Positions 8,748 through 18,435 of a DNA stretch of 44,804 nt are shown piece after piece. Within the stretch, counting starts at the first letter, position 1. Every line of letters starts with the position of its first letter. Made by a program: the position numbers and the translations under genes. This DNA is from a virus (lineage: Duplodnaviria; Caudoviricetes). The DNA lies in the IMG/VR virus record IMGVR_UViG_3300011441_000001, positions 1 to 44,804 of that record. One strand, 5' to 3'. Under the pieces are notes generated by a model. The model saw nothing but the letters and a program-made list of their open reading frames with translations. It made no database searches and was not told the origin of the DNA.

Positions 8748-9878
8748 ATGCGCCGCGTGCGCTACCTCCTCACCCGCCGGGGCCGCTGGTGGAACTACAC
8801 CCCCGACCAGGTACCCATCCCCATCTGGGTGCCGGCCTACCTGCAGGGCCGCCGCCGCGACCAGTCACCGCCGAGGCGTAGCAGGCCACCGATCGGGGTT
8901 GTTCCTGCCCAGGTCGTCGAGACCCCACCCGGGTGGGTGGCGCCGTTCATCCGCCAGATCCGCAGGCCTGCACTGGCCCGGCGCACGCAACGTCCAACCA
9001 CCGGCTCAGCCCCGCTCACGGCTGGGCAGGCCATCCCCAACTGGTTGCTGCACCGGACCGCCCCATGGGCGGTAGCGCTACGGCGGGGCCGCACCTGGAC
9101 CGCACCGACCCAATCGGGCCTTGTACCGCGGCTGCTCCGCCAGCGACGGCCCCCAGCTGCCGCCACCCGGCGTGCCGAAACGTTCAGCCCACCCTGGGCC
9201 CAGGCCGCCCAACCGGCCCCGCCGTGGCCACCGCAGGCCTTGGCCCGGTACAGGCCCACCAGGGGCACCCCGCGACGTGCCCGGATCTTCCACCCGCCGT
9301 GGCCGCCGATCATTCCGCCGCCGGCCATCCCGAACACCATCCGGGCCGCCCGGCCAGCTCGTGGCGCGCCCAAACGGGCCAGGCTGTTCCACCCGCCCTG
9401 GCCTGTCGTCCCACCAGCTACGCCCACCTGGGTGCCGCTCATCGCGCGCAACCGGCCCCGACCATGGGCCTGTCGCCGAGCTGGGCGCCTGTTCCCCACG
9501 CCGCCGGCCCCGGCCGGCCCATCCAGGGCGCTGGCCCGCCAACGACCACGCCACACACCACCGTGCCGGCGCGGCCGGCTGTTCACCACCCCGACCAGCC
9601 AGCTCCGCCCACCAGCCCCACCGACCGCCCGGCGTCGCCGGCCAGCGCCTACCAGGCGTGGCCGGTTCAGCCATCCGCCGTGGTCGCAGGTCGCCGGTGC
9701 CGCCGTGCCCGGTGTGCACACCGCGACCGGCGCAGCCAACACACTGGGAGCCAGCGGAACCGCCGCGCATCTGGCCGCGACCGGCACGGCCGGTACATTG
9801 GACGCCAGTGGCGCGAGCGCGCGACTCACCGCCAAAGCGACCGCTGCGGCTCTCGTCGCGAGCGGAGGTCCACCGTAA
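8748..9878 (+). CDS. Arg/Pro/Trp-rich repeat protein
   Basis: GGGAGG RBS; stop flush with the next ATG; about 8 repeats of RRGR(L/I)F.PPW type and a C-terminal 9-residue Ala/Thr/Gly repeat. Confidence 0.65.
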   Translation: MRRVRYLLTRRGRWWNYTPDQVPIPIWVPAYLQGRRRDQSPPRRSRPPIGVVPAQVVETPPGWVAPFIRQIRRPALARRTQRPTTGSAPLTAGQAIPNWLLHRTAPWAVALRRGRTWTAPTQSGLVPRLLRQRRPPAAATRRAETFSPPWAQAAQPAPPWPPQALARYRPTRGTPRRARIFHPPWPPIIPPPAIPNTIRAARPARGAPKRARLFHPPWPVVPPATPTWVPLIARNRPRPWACRRAGRLFPTPPAPAGPSRALARQRPRHTPPCRRGRLFTTPTSQLRPPAPPTARRRRPAPTRRGRFSHPPWSQVAGAAVPGVHTATGAANTLGASGTAAHLAATGTAGTLDASGASARLTAKATAAALVASGGPP

Positions 9879-10754
9879 ATGGCCACCCAGGAACTGAACG
9901 ACTGGATCAGCCCCGTACTGACCGTCGCACCGTTCGACGGCACCACCGCTGCGACCCTGCTCGTGACCGCACCGGACGGCACCACCAGCAGCCCAGCCGT
10001 GACCCCAAGCGGCGGCGGGGAAACCTGGACCGGCGTCGCGTATCAGCTCACCCAGGTCGGCCAGTGGGTCGAGCAGTGGACCGTCACCGGCACCGGCAAG
10101 GGCCAGGAACTCCGGGTCATCCTGGTGTTCCCCTACTCGCTGGGCGGACTGGGCGACCCCTACATCGGGCTGGACCTGCTCAAGCACCGGCTCGGGATCG
10201 TCGACACCGACGACGATTTCAAGCTGCTCCAGGCCATCGCGGCCACCTCGTACGGGATCAACAAGTTCTGCGGGCGCCAGTTCAACCGGGCCACCGCGGC
10301 TTCAGCCCGCACCTACCAGAGCCTGCGGAGTCAGAACCTGGTGATGGTGGATGACTTCTGGGACGCGACCACCGCGGTCGTGACCACCGACGACGACGCT
10401 GACGGGGTGTACGAGGCGGTGTGGTCCACATCGGACTACGAGCTCCGCCCGCTGAATGGTGTCGTGGACGGGATGCCGGGGTGGCCCTACACCCGGGTCG
10501 CGGCGGTTGGGTATCGCCGGTTCCCCCGACGCGGCCGGGCGGGTGTGCAGCTGAGCGCGAAGTGGGGTTGGCAGGCGATACCGTACCCGGTCATTGAGGC
10601 TAATCTGATCGTGGCCGAGGAGGTGTCGAAGCTCAAGGACGCCCCGTTCGGGGTGGCGGGTTTCGGCGAGTTCGGGGCGATGCGGGTTCGGATGAACAGT
10701 GCTGCGGTCACTATGCTGGAGCCGTTGCGGCGTTCCCCGGTGAAGGTGGCCTGA
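9879..10754 (+). CDS. Head-tail adaptor (gp6/gp15-like) with an N-terminal Ig-like extension
   Basis: YIGLDLLKHRLGI..DDDFKLLQAIAATS..INKFCGRQF; AKWGWQAIP..VIEA. Confidence 0.85.
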   Translation: MATQELNDWISPVLTVAPFDGTTAATLLVTAPDGTTSSPAVTPSGGGETWTGVAYQLTQVGQWVEQWTVTGTGKGQELRVILVFPYSLGGLGDPYIGLDLLKHRLGIVDTDDDFKLLQAIAATSYGINKFCGRQFNRATAASARTYQSLRSQNLVMVDDFWDATTAVVTTDDDADGVYEAVWSTSDYELRPLNGVVDGMPGWPYTRVAAVGYRRFPRRGRAGVQLSAKWGWQAIPYPVIEANLIVAEEVSKLKDAPFGVAGFGEFGAMRVRMNSAAVTMLEPLRRSPVKVA

Positions 10755-10755
10755 C

Positions 10756-11172
10756 GTGTCTACTGTGCTCAATGTGATGGACGCGATCGAGGCGCGCCTT
10801 TCGACGATCAGCGGCCTGCGGGTCAGCGACGTTTCCCCGGGCCAGGTCAACCCACCGCAGGCGATCATCGGCACGCCGAACGTGGAGTACCACGCCGTCC
10901 ACAGCGGTGGTGACGAGCACGACTTCCAGCTGTACGTGCTCACGTCCGCGGCGTTGGACCGGATCGGTCAGCGGCTACTGGCCGAGTTCGCCGCATCCTC
11001 CGGGGCGCGCAGTATCCGGGCCACCCTCGAGGCCGACCGCAGCCTTGGTGGTGTGGCCGACGATGTGCGGGTGACCCGGTTTCGGGTGTTGGGTCGCCGC
11101 GAGGTTGGGCTGATCGGGTACTTTGGTGGCGTGTTCACGGTCGAGGTTCTGGCCGAGTGGGACGTGACCTGA
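10756..11172 (+). CDS. Tail terminator / head-tail joining protein
   Basis: Position; SIRATLEADRSLGGVADD motif seen in actinophage neck proteins. Confidence 0.6.
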   Translation: MSTVLNVMDAIEARLSTISGLRVSDVSPGQVNPPQAIIGTPNVEYHAVHSGGDEHDFQLYVLTSAALDRIGQRLLAEFAASSGARSIRATLEADRSLGGVADDVRVTRFRVLGRREVGLIGYFGGVFTVEVLAEWDVT

Positions 11173-11570
11173 TGGCCCGTCGTGGTCGTACTGTCGCGAC
11201 GGTCGATTGGTCACCTGACCGGAAGCTCGTCATCAGCCGCACCATGGTGGTCCTGCGTGGGGTGGCGGAGGCGGCGGTGCGGGAGTCGGCCCGCTTCGTC
11301 CTGGACCGGGAGCTGGCCACGGTGCCGGTGGCGACGGCTAGGACCAGGGCCGGGTTGTCCATTGAGGATGAGGACAGCGGCGATGGGCTGTTTTCCTCGA
11401 CGGTGGCTGAGCGTGATCCGCTGCGGGCGCATGTGGCGTTCTTCCTGAACAAGGGCACCAAGCACATGCCGGCGCGGCCGTTCGCCGATGATGCGGTGAA
11501 GGCGGAGCGGCGGAGGTTGTCCCGCCGGGTGACCAGGCGAGTACGGGCTGAGCTAGGCACCGGCAAATGA
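11172..11570 (+). CDS. HK97 gp10-like neck protein
   Basis: VPVAT...; FFLNKGTKHMPARPF motif; TGATG overlap with the previous gene. Confidence 0.75.
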   Translation: MARRGRTVATVDWSPDRKLVISRTMVVLRGVAEAAVRESARFVLDRELATVPVATARTRAGLSIEDEDSGDGLFSSTVAERDPLRAHVAFFLNKGTKHMPARPFADDAVKAERRRLSRRVTRRVRAELGTGK

Positions 11571-11583
11571 TTGGAGTGAATCA

Positions 11584-11997
11584 ATGAGTGGTATGTGGGC
11601 CTACGGGACCCAGTTCAAGCGCGGTAACGGCGGGTCGCCGGAGACCTTCGCCGTCGTCGCTGATGTTCGGACAGTCAACGGATTGGACCTGTCCCGCAAC
11701 ACCGACGATGTGACCACACACGACAGCCCAGGTGGGTGGATGGAGTTCATCGGCACCCTGAAGGACGCCGGTGAGATCTCGCTGGAACTCCACTACCGGC
11801 CGGTAAGCCATGACCAGTTCGTGGCTGACCTGTCCGACGCGGCGCCGCGTAACTACCAGATTACGGTGCCGGCGAGTCCGGTGGTGACATGGTCGTTTGC
11901 GGCCATCATGACCGGGTTCTCGCAAGGGTTCCCGGTCGATGGGAAAGCAACATGCACGGTCAGCTATAAGGTCACCGGCGTGCCGGCGTTTGTCTAA
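11584..11997 (+). CDS. Major tail tube protein
   Basis: DVTTHDSPGGWMEFIGTLKDAGEISL and YKVTGVP, typical of siphovirus tail tube proteins. Confidence 0.9.
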   Translation: MSGMWAYGTQFKRGNGGSPETFAVVADVRTVNGLDLSRNTDDVTTHDSPGGWMEFIGTLKDAGEISLELHYRPVSHDQFVADLSDAAPRNYQITVPASPVVTWSFAAIMTGFSQGFPVDGKATCTVSYKVTGVPAFV

Positions 11998-12015
11998 CAT
12001 GGATGGAGCAGTTGA

Positions 12016-12519
12016 ATGACGACGTTGAATGCTAATCTCGTCGCGCAGATTATCGCGACGATCTCCGACCCGCTGACTCTGTCGGTACCGGTCGACCCGC
12101 TGTCATACACCAAGAAGATCTCTTTCGCCACCGGCACCGGCATCGGCCAGGGCGACAAGTTGTGGCATGCGACACGGACGATCCTCGCCAGCGCAACCGA
12201 CACCCTGGACCTGGCAGGTTCGCTGACCGATGGGCTCGGGGACCCGGTGACGTTCGTCCGCATCAAGGCGCTGATGGTCGTCGGTGCGCCAGCCAACGCG
12301 GGGAACATTACCCTGCGCCGGCCTGCCACCAACGGTGTGCCTCTGTTCGACACCGTGAGCGCTGGTCTGCCAATCGTCGCGGGTGGCATGCTCATGTGGG
12401 TTGCGCCTACCGCTGCCGGGGTGGTCGTTACAGCCGGCACGGGTGACCTTATCGACCTGGTCAACACAGTGGCCAGCACCGTCAACTGTGATGTCGTGAT
12501 CCTCGGCGCGAGCGCCTGA
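12016..12519 (+). CDS. Hypothetical tail-associated protein
   Basis: Lies between tail tube and chaperone; beta-rich. Confidence 0.65.
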   Translation: MTTLNANLVAQIIATISDPLTLSVPVDPLSYTKKISFATGTGIGQGDKLWHATRTILASATDTLDLAGSLTDGLGDPVTFVRIKALMVVGAPANAGNITLRRPATNGVPLFDTVSAGLPIVAGGMLMWVAPTAAGVVVTAGTGDLIDLVNTVASTVNCDVVILGASA

Positions 12520-12914
12520 TGGGACTGCTCAGCCGTACCGACATCTTCGCCATCGACGACTCCAGCTACGAGGACGTCGAGGTGCCGGAGTGGGGCGGCA
12601 CGGTGCGGGTCAAGGCCCTGACCGGTCGGGAACGCATCGAGTACGAGAAGTCGATTGTGGAGCAGCGCGGCACGAAGCTCCGTCTCACCCTGTCCGACGC
12701 GAACTCCCGGCTGGTGCAGCTCGCCGCCACCGACGAGCAGGGCCGCCGCCTGTTCTCCCGTGCCGACATCGAAGCCCTGTCCGGTAAGAGCGCCGCGGCG
12801 CTGAACCGGGTCGTCGAGGTGGCCCGCCGGCTGGCTGGCCTGTCCGATGAGGACATGGAGGAGCTGGTCGAGGATTTCGGCGACACCCCGAGCGTGGCTT
12901 CCTCCACCGACTGA
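12519..12914 (+). CDS. Tail assembly chaperone (G-like)
   Basis: EDVEVPEWGGTVRVKALTG, DEQGRRLF, ALSGKSAAAL; precedes the tape measure gene. Confidence 0.9.
   Translation: MGLLSRTDIFAIDDSSYEDVEVPEWGGTVRVKALTGRERIEYEKSIVEQRGTKLRLTLSDANSRLVQLAATDEQGRRLFSRADIEALSGKSAAALNRVVEVARRLAGLSDEDMEELVEDFGDTPSVASSTD
12872..12878 (+). promoter_or_regulatory. Programmed -1 ribosomal frameshift site (G GAT TTC)
   Basis: The -1 frame is open from here and reads RRHPERGFLHRLTAHLGGMTIDELLDRMSSVELGQW, in frame with ORF 12932-13234. Confidence 0.75.
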
Positions 12915-13234
12915 CGGCCCACCTCGGGGGCATGACCATCGACGAGCTGTTAGACCGGATGTCCTCGGTGGAGCTGGGGCAGTGGCGGGTCTACGAGGAG
13001 GCGTTCGGCCCACTCGGCCCGACCCGTGGTGATCTGCACGCCGCCCAGGTCGTCAGTGCGGTGGTAAACATGCTGCGGGATCCCAAGCGTGGCCGGCCGC
13101 TCAAGCTGGAGGACGCGAAGCTGCACTGGCCGGGGGATGGCGACCCTGAGGTCGACGTGGATGATCAGGCCATCATCGTGCAGCAGCTCGCGGCCACGTT
13201 GGGAGGGGTGATCAGCGTTGGCGACTCTGGCTAG
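12878..13234 (+). CDS. Tail assembly chaperone, frameshifted T segment
   Basis: LGGMTIDELLDRMSSVELGQWRVY...PLGPTRGD, a T-protein pattern. Confidence 0.8.
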   Translation, partial: RRHPERGFLHRLTAHLGGMTIDELLDRMSSVELGQWRVYEEAFGPLGPTRGDLHAAQVVSAVVNMLRDPKRGRPLKLEDAKLHWPGDGDPEVDVDDQAIIVQQLAATLGGVISVGDSG

Positions 13235-15014
13235 CCTGCTGGTGCGTCTTGGCGTGGACACCCGCACGGTCAAGTCCGATCTGTACCGCGGCACCAAAGA
13301 CGCCGAGAGAGCCGGCAAGGAGACCGGCCGGCGATTCTCCGCCGGGATGAAAGCCACGTTGGCTGTTGGTGCGCTGGCGTTGGCCGGTGGGGCTCTGCTA
13401 GCCCTGAAAGGGCCGGTCATGGACGCGGTTGGGGCCGCGTCCGACCTTAACGAGACGATCAGTAAGGTCGGGGTGGTTTTCGGCTCGGCGGCCGGCGACA
13501 TTACGACATTCGCCAAGACGGCGAAAACGAATATCGGGCAGAGCCAACAGGCAGCGCTGGATGCGGCCGCCACCTTCGGTGTGTTCGGGAAGTCCGCCGG
13601 ACTGACGGGCAAGAATCTGTCCGCGTTTTCGCTGCGGATGGTGGGACTCACATCGGACATGGCGTCGTTTTCGAACACCACACCCGAGGAGGCCATCGAA
13701 GCCGTAGGGGCTGCCCTGCGGGGGGAGAGCGAACCGATCCGCCGGTACGGGGTGTTGTTGGATGATGCGACGTTGCGGCAGGCCGCGTTCCGCCTCGGGC
13801 TGATCAAATCGACGAAACAGGCGTTGACTCCGGCGAACAAAGTGCTCGCGGCTCAGGCCGAGATTCTCCGTCAAACCAAAGATGCACAGGGCGACTTCGC
13901 ACGTACGGCGGGTGGTGCCGCCAACCAGCAACGCATCCTGAACGCCCAGATCGCAGATGCGAAGACGAAACTCGGCTCATTCCTGCTACCCGCGTGGCAG
14001 TCGCTTCTCACGTTATTGAACAAGAAGGTCGTGCCGTTCGTCGAGAAGAAGGTCATTCCCGCGGTGCAGCGGATGGCCCAAACGTTCAAACGTGATGTGG
14101 CACCTGTCCTGGTTCAGTTCGGCCAGTTCATCGGAAAGAACGTGCTACCGAACCTGCGGGCCTTCGCCCAATACTTGCACGACAAGCTCGGCCCCGTGGT
14201 GGCGGACATCTTCGGCCGGCTCAAGCGTGATGTGCCGCCACTGTTTGAGAAGATCCGTCAGGCCATTGCGGACAACCGGCCCCAGTTGCAGGCCCTGTTC
14301 GACGCGGTCAAGACCGTGTTCGAGTTCCTTGTTGCGAAGATCGGGCCGGCGTTGAGTTTCCTGTTCAAGTGGTGGGGCATCCTATTCAGCGTATTGATCA
14401 CCGTGGTGGGCGGTCTGGTCCGGGCATTCTTCGCAATCAAGAGTGCGGTGAGTACCGCGGTGAACTGGATTAAGGAACGGTTCACCGCGTCGAAGCAGTT
14501 CGTGATTGATTTCCTGAGGATGTGGGCGGGCATCCCTGGTCAGATCCGGTCAGCCTTCGTCAACCTCGCCACCATCATCACCGCACCGTTCCGGGCGGCA
14601 TTCAACGCCATAGCACGGCTGTGGAACAGCACGGTAGGGCGGATAACATTCACCGTGCCGTCATGGGTCCCCGTCCTCGGGGGCAAGAGTTTCTCCATGC
14701 CGAGGCTGCCGATTCTGGGTGATGGCGGCGGCGGAGCCAACAATGCCGCCATACCCCGTGGGCACCTGATGCACCACGGCGGCATCGTGCCGGGCAGTGG
14801 CGATCAGATGATCCTCGCCAAGGGTGGTGAGGGTGTGTTCACCCGGGAGCAGATGGCCGCGCTGGGGCAGGGTGGCGGTGGTGGGCGGATGGTGCTGGAG
14901 CTACGATCTGGCGGGTCCGCACTGGACGATCTGCTGATCAAGTTGCTGCTGGCCGCGTTCCGCCGGGACCCGCAGCTGCGTAAGCAGCTCGCCGTGATCG
15001 TTTCCGGAGCATAG
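13218..15014 (+). CDS. Tape measure protein (598 aa, short)
   Basis: Starts LASLLVRLGVD; Ala-rich helical, AALRGESEPIRRYGV, amphipathic aromatic repeats, HGGIVPG. Confidence 0.93.
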   Translation: MATLASLLVRLGVDTRTVKSDLYRGTKDAERAGKETGRRFSAGMKATLAVGALALAGGALLALKGPVMDAVGAASDLNETISKVGVVFGSAAGDITTFAKTAKTNIGQSQQAALDAAATFGVFGKSAGLTGKNLSAFSLRMVGLTSDMASFSNTTPEEAIEAVGAALRGESEPIRRYGVLLDDATLRQAAFRLGLIKSTKQALTPANKVLAAQAEILRQTKDAQGDFARTAGGAANQQRILNAQIADAKTKLGSFLLPAWQSLLTLLNKKVVPFVEKKVIPAVQRMAQTFKRDVAPVLVQFGQFIGKNVLPNLRAFAQYLHDKLGPVVADIFGRLKRDVPPLFEKIRQAIADNRPQLQALFDAVKTVFEFLVAKIGPALSFLFKWWGILFSVLITVVGGLVRAFFAIKSAVSTAVNWIKERFTASKQFVIDFLRMWAGIPGQIRSAFVNLATIITAPFRAAFNAIARLWNSTVGRITFTVPSWVPVLGGKSFSMPRLPILGDGGGGANNAAIPRGHLMHHGGIVPGSGDQMILAKGGEGVFTREQMAALGQGGGGGRMVLELRSGGSALDDLLIKLLLAAFRRDPQLRKQLAVIVSGA

Positions 15015-15018
15015 GGTC

Positions 15019-18000
15019 ATGGGTCACAAACTCCTGACCGAGATCTACTACAGTGGACAGTGGAACAAGGTCGACCCCCGGGACTCCGACCCGGTGGGCA
15101 TCACCCGCGGCCAGGCCGACGAACGCAGCGCCGCATCCCCCGGCACCGCTTCGCTGGCCCTGTTCAACCCCGACCGGTCGTACAGCCCGCGCGACCCGCG
15201 TTCGCCGCTGTACGGACTGATCGGACAGAACACGCCACTGCGGCACACCCTGTTGCCCGAGCACATCACCGGCCCGCTGGCCCACGTCATCGACACCTTC
15301 CAACGCACGGTCGGGGTTGGGTGGGGTACGGAGCCCACCAGCGGCCACGTGTGGTCCGGGTTCACCTCCGGCACCACCGCCTCGTCGGTCTCACCGGGGC
15401 AAGGGCTGCACAGCATCACCGACACCAACGCCTACCGTGGCCAGTACCTCGGCTCGATCAGCACCCGGTCGGTCACGGTCGGGGTGACGTTCGCCGTCGA
15501 ACAGGCCACCGGGGCGGCGTTGGAGCCAGCCAACATCATGCTTCGCGGCACCACCATCAGCAGCTACGTCATGGCACGGGTGGCGGTCCAGACCGACAAC
15601 AGCATCACGGTTCAAGCCTTCGCCGCCGGCGGGGCCTCGCTCGGACCTGCCGTGACTACCGGCCTGACCCACGCCGGGACCGGCACGCCGCTGCGGTTCG
15701 AGGCCCGCATCGTCGGACACCGCATCGAGGTGCGGCTGTGGAACCCCACCGGCGCCCGACCAGACACACCCACCGCCGTGTTCACCGACCCGGCCTCGGT
15801 GATCCCCGGCTGGGTCGGGGTCCGCTCCGGGGTGGCGACCGGCAACACCAACACCAAACCCGTCATATTCACCTACACCAACTTTGAGGCGCGGTGTGAG
15901 TCGACCCGGTTCACCGGCGAGATCACCGCCTGGCCTCCCACCCGGGACCTGTCCGGGCAGGTCATCACGGCCGGGATCGAGGCCAGCGGTATCAGTCGGC
16001 GGCTCGGCGCGGGCACGAAACCGGTGCGGTCTGCCTACTCCAGGGAGGCGACCAAGGCGAGTTCCTTGTCTACCGTGGTCGGCTACTGGCCCGGTGAAGA
16101 CGGGCCGGATGCCCGGACGATCGCGCCCGGGCTGGCCAGTCACGGCCCGATGAGCATCCACGGCGAGCTGACCATGGCCAGCTTCGCCGGTTTCAACGGG
16201 TCGGACCTGCTGCCGGTGCTCGGCGCCACCGGCCGGCTCAAGGCCTCCGTCCCGCCCTACCCGTCTGGCGCCACCTTTGTGCACGGCGTGTACCAGATCC
16301 CCACCGGGTTCCCGGACCTGCCCGTGCTGATGCACCTGCTATGCACCGCCGGGTCTATCTACCGGGTGTTGTTGTTCCATGAGACAGCCGGGGGCGGGCA
16401 GCTGACCCTGTACGTGTACAACGAGGCCGGCACTCTGCTCGACCAGACACCGCTGATGTTTTCCGACCTGACCGGGGACAAGCTGTTCGTCTCGCTGGAG
16501 CTGGTTCAGGACGCGTCCGATGTGGACATTCGGGTGTTCGTGTGGGAGTTCGACGTCGACGGAGTGCTGGCCCCCACCGGTTTCCAGGTCACCGACACCT
16601 ACCTCGGCCAGTCGATCGGCCGGGTGACCGACCTGTGGGTCGGGGCTGGTGCGGAGGACATGACCGACCTGGCGGTTGGGCATCTGATGGTGGCCACCAA
16701 CAACAGCCTGATCGTGCCGTTGGTGTCGGCGTTGGGTGGCCGGCCGGGTGAGAAGGCTGGTCGGCGGTTCGAACGGTTATGCGCCGAGGTGGGCGTCTCC
16801 CTGTCCACAGTGGGTGACCTCGACGACACCGAGACGATGGGGCCACAGCGCAGCGGGAAGCTGCTGGATCTGTTGGCCCAGTGCGCGACCGCGGATGGCG
16901 GCATCCAGGGGGAGGAACCCGACGACCTGGGCCTGACCTACCGGACCCGACGCAACCTGGAAAACCAAACCCCGTTGCTGACCCTGGACTACGCGACCGG
17001 GCTGTTCGCCCCCGGCTTCACCCAGGCCCCGGATGATCAGCTGATCAGAAATGACGTCCGGGTCAGCCGCCCAGGCGGGTCGTCCGCCCAGGCGGTGCTG
17101 GAGGCCGGGCGCCTGTCAGTACAGGCACCGCCGGCCGGGATCGGCGAGGGCTACCAGGACGACCTGGAGCTGATCGTGCGGTGGGATGCCCGGCTGCCCG
17201 ACCAGGCGTGGTGGCGGCTGCACCTGGGCACCTGGGATGAGGACCGTTATCCGCAGATCGCGCTGCGGCTGGAAAGCGGCCGGATCCGGTCCAACCCGGC
17301 GTTGGCGGCGGCACTGCTGGGCTTGCGGCCCGGTGACCTCATCGCGATCAGCAATGTGCCGGACTCGCCCGACCTGGTCCTGCTGCTCGTGCTGGGGTTC
17401 GCGGACACGTTGACCCTGGCCACCGCCCTGGTCGGGTTGACCGCGGTGCCGGGCCGCCCGTACGAGGTCGGGGTCCGTGACGATACGACGGCCGGGCGGC
17501 GCGACACAGCCTCCTCGGTGGTCGCCGAAGGGCTGATGCTGCCCGGCGCATCCGGGGACTACGCGTCCACTCCGGACCACGCATCCCTGGACATCACCGC
17601 AGACATCGACCTCCGGGCGGATGTCACTCCATCGACCTGGGCCCCGGCCGGCCTGCAACAAATGGTGGCCAAGTGGGCCAGTGCCGGGAATCTCAGCTAC
17701 CAGTTCGGCCTAAACGCCAACGGCACGTTGCGGCTTCAATGGTCCAGTGACGGTACTGCCAACCTCAACGTGTCGTCCACCACTACCCCCGTCCCGCATC
17801 CGACGTCGGGTCGCCTGGCAGTCCGGGTCACCATGGACGTCAACGATGGTGCGGGCAACCGGGTGATCAGGTTCTACACTGCGCCTGACTTGGCCGGCCC
17901 ATGGACCCAGCTCGGCACGACGATCACGACTGCCGGAACCACATCGATTTTCGCGGGGAACTCGGTACTGGAGGTTGGCAGTCGCAGCGGCGGCACTACC

Positions 18001-18414
18001 GAGATATTCACTGGCGTGATCCACGCGGTCGAGGTTCGCAATGGCATCGACGCCACGGTGGTCGCTAATCCGGATTTCGACGCGCAGGCCGCCGGTACTG
18101 CCAGCTTCGCCGATTCGACCGGGAAGACGTGGACCGTGAACGGGGCGGCGCTGATCGTCGGTGGGTTCGTGGCCGGTACCGCCACCTCGTTCTGGGTGGC
18201 CACCTTGACCCGTCCACTCTGGACCACCGACGCGGCCGCGTTCCCCTTCGATATCGTGGTCGAGGGGGTGCGGCTGAGGGTGACCGACATCGACGCGGCG
18301 GTGGCAAACGTGCAACTGGTCACGATCACCCAGACCCCGGTCAACGGCGTCTCCAAGACAATCGCGGCGGGCCGGCCGGTGCGGCTGTGGCGCGCCGCGG
18401 TCCGAGCGCTCTGA
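15019..18414 (+). CDS. Large multidomain minor tail / tail-tip protein with a LamG/ConA-like insert
   Basis: 1131 aa directly after the tape measure gene; ITRGQADE, SPRDPRSPLY, IRNDVRVSRPGGSS; insert YASTPDHASLDIT... Confidence 0.85.
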   Translation: MGHKLLTEIYYSGQWNKVDPRDSDPVGITRGQADERSAASPGTASLALFNPDRSYSPRDPRSPLYGLIGQNTPLRHTLLPEHITGPLAHVIDTFQRTVGVGWGTEPTSGHVWSGFTSGTTASSVSPGQGLHSITDTNAYRGQYLGSISTRSVTVGVTFAVEQATGAALEPANIMLRGTTISSYVMARVAVQTDNSITVQAFAAGGASLGPAVTTGLTHAGTGTPLRFEARIVGHRIEVRLWNPTGARPDTPTAVFTDPASVIPGWVGVRSGVATGNTNTKPVIFTYTNFEARCESTRFTGEITAWPPTRDLSGQVITAGIEASGISRRLGAGTKPVRSAYSREATKASSLSTVVGYWPGEDGPDARTIAPGLASHGPMSIHGELTMASFAGFNGSDLLPVLGATGRLKASVPPYPSGATFVHGVYQIPTGFPDLPVLMHLLCTAGSIYRVLLFHETAGGGQLTLYVYNEAGTLLDQTPLMFSDLTGDKLFVSLELVQDASDVDIRVFVWEFDVDGVLAPTGFQVTDTYLGQSIGRVTDLWVGAGAEDMTDLAVGHLMVATNNSLIVPLVSALGGRPGEKAGRRFERLCAEVGVSLSTVGDLDDTETMGPQRSGKLLDLLAQCATADGGIQGEEPDDLGLTYRTRRNLENQTPLLTLDYATGLFAPGFTQAPDDQLIRNDVRVSRPGGSSAQAVLEAGRLSVQAPPAGIGEGYQDDLELIVRWDARLPDQAWWRLHLGTWDEDRYPQIALRLESGRIRSNPALAAALLGLRPGDLIAISNVPDSPDLVLLLVLGFADTLTLATALVGLTAVPGRPYEVGVRDDTTAGRRDTASSVVAEGLMLPGASGDYASTPDHASLDITADIDLRADVTPSTWAPAGLQQMVAKWASAGNLSYQFGLNANGTLRLQWSSDGTANLNVSSTTTPVPHPTSGRLAVRVTMDVNDGAGNRVIRFYTAPDLAGPWTQLGTTITTAGTTSIFAGNSVLEVGSRSGGTTEIFTGVIHAVEVRNGIDATVVANPDFDAQAAGTASFADSTGKTWTVNGAALIVGGFVAGTATSFWVATLTRPLWTTDAAAFPFDIVVEGVRLRVTDIDAAVANVQLVTITQTPVNGVSKTIAAGRPVRLWRAAVRAL

Positions 18415-18435
18415 AATTGTGATGGAGGATGTTCA

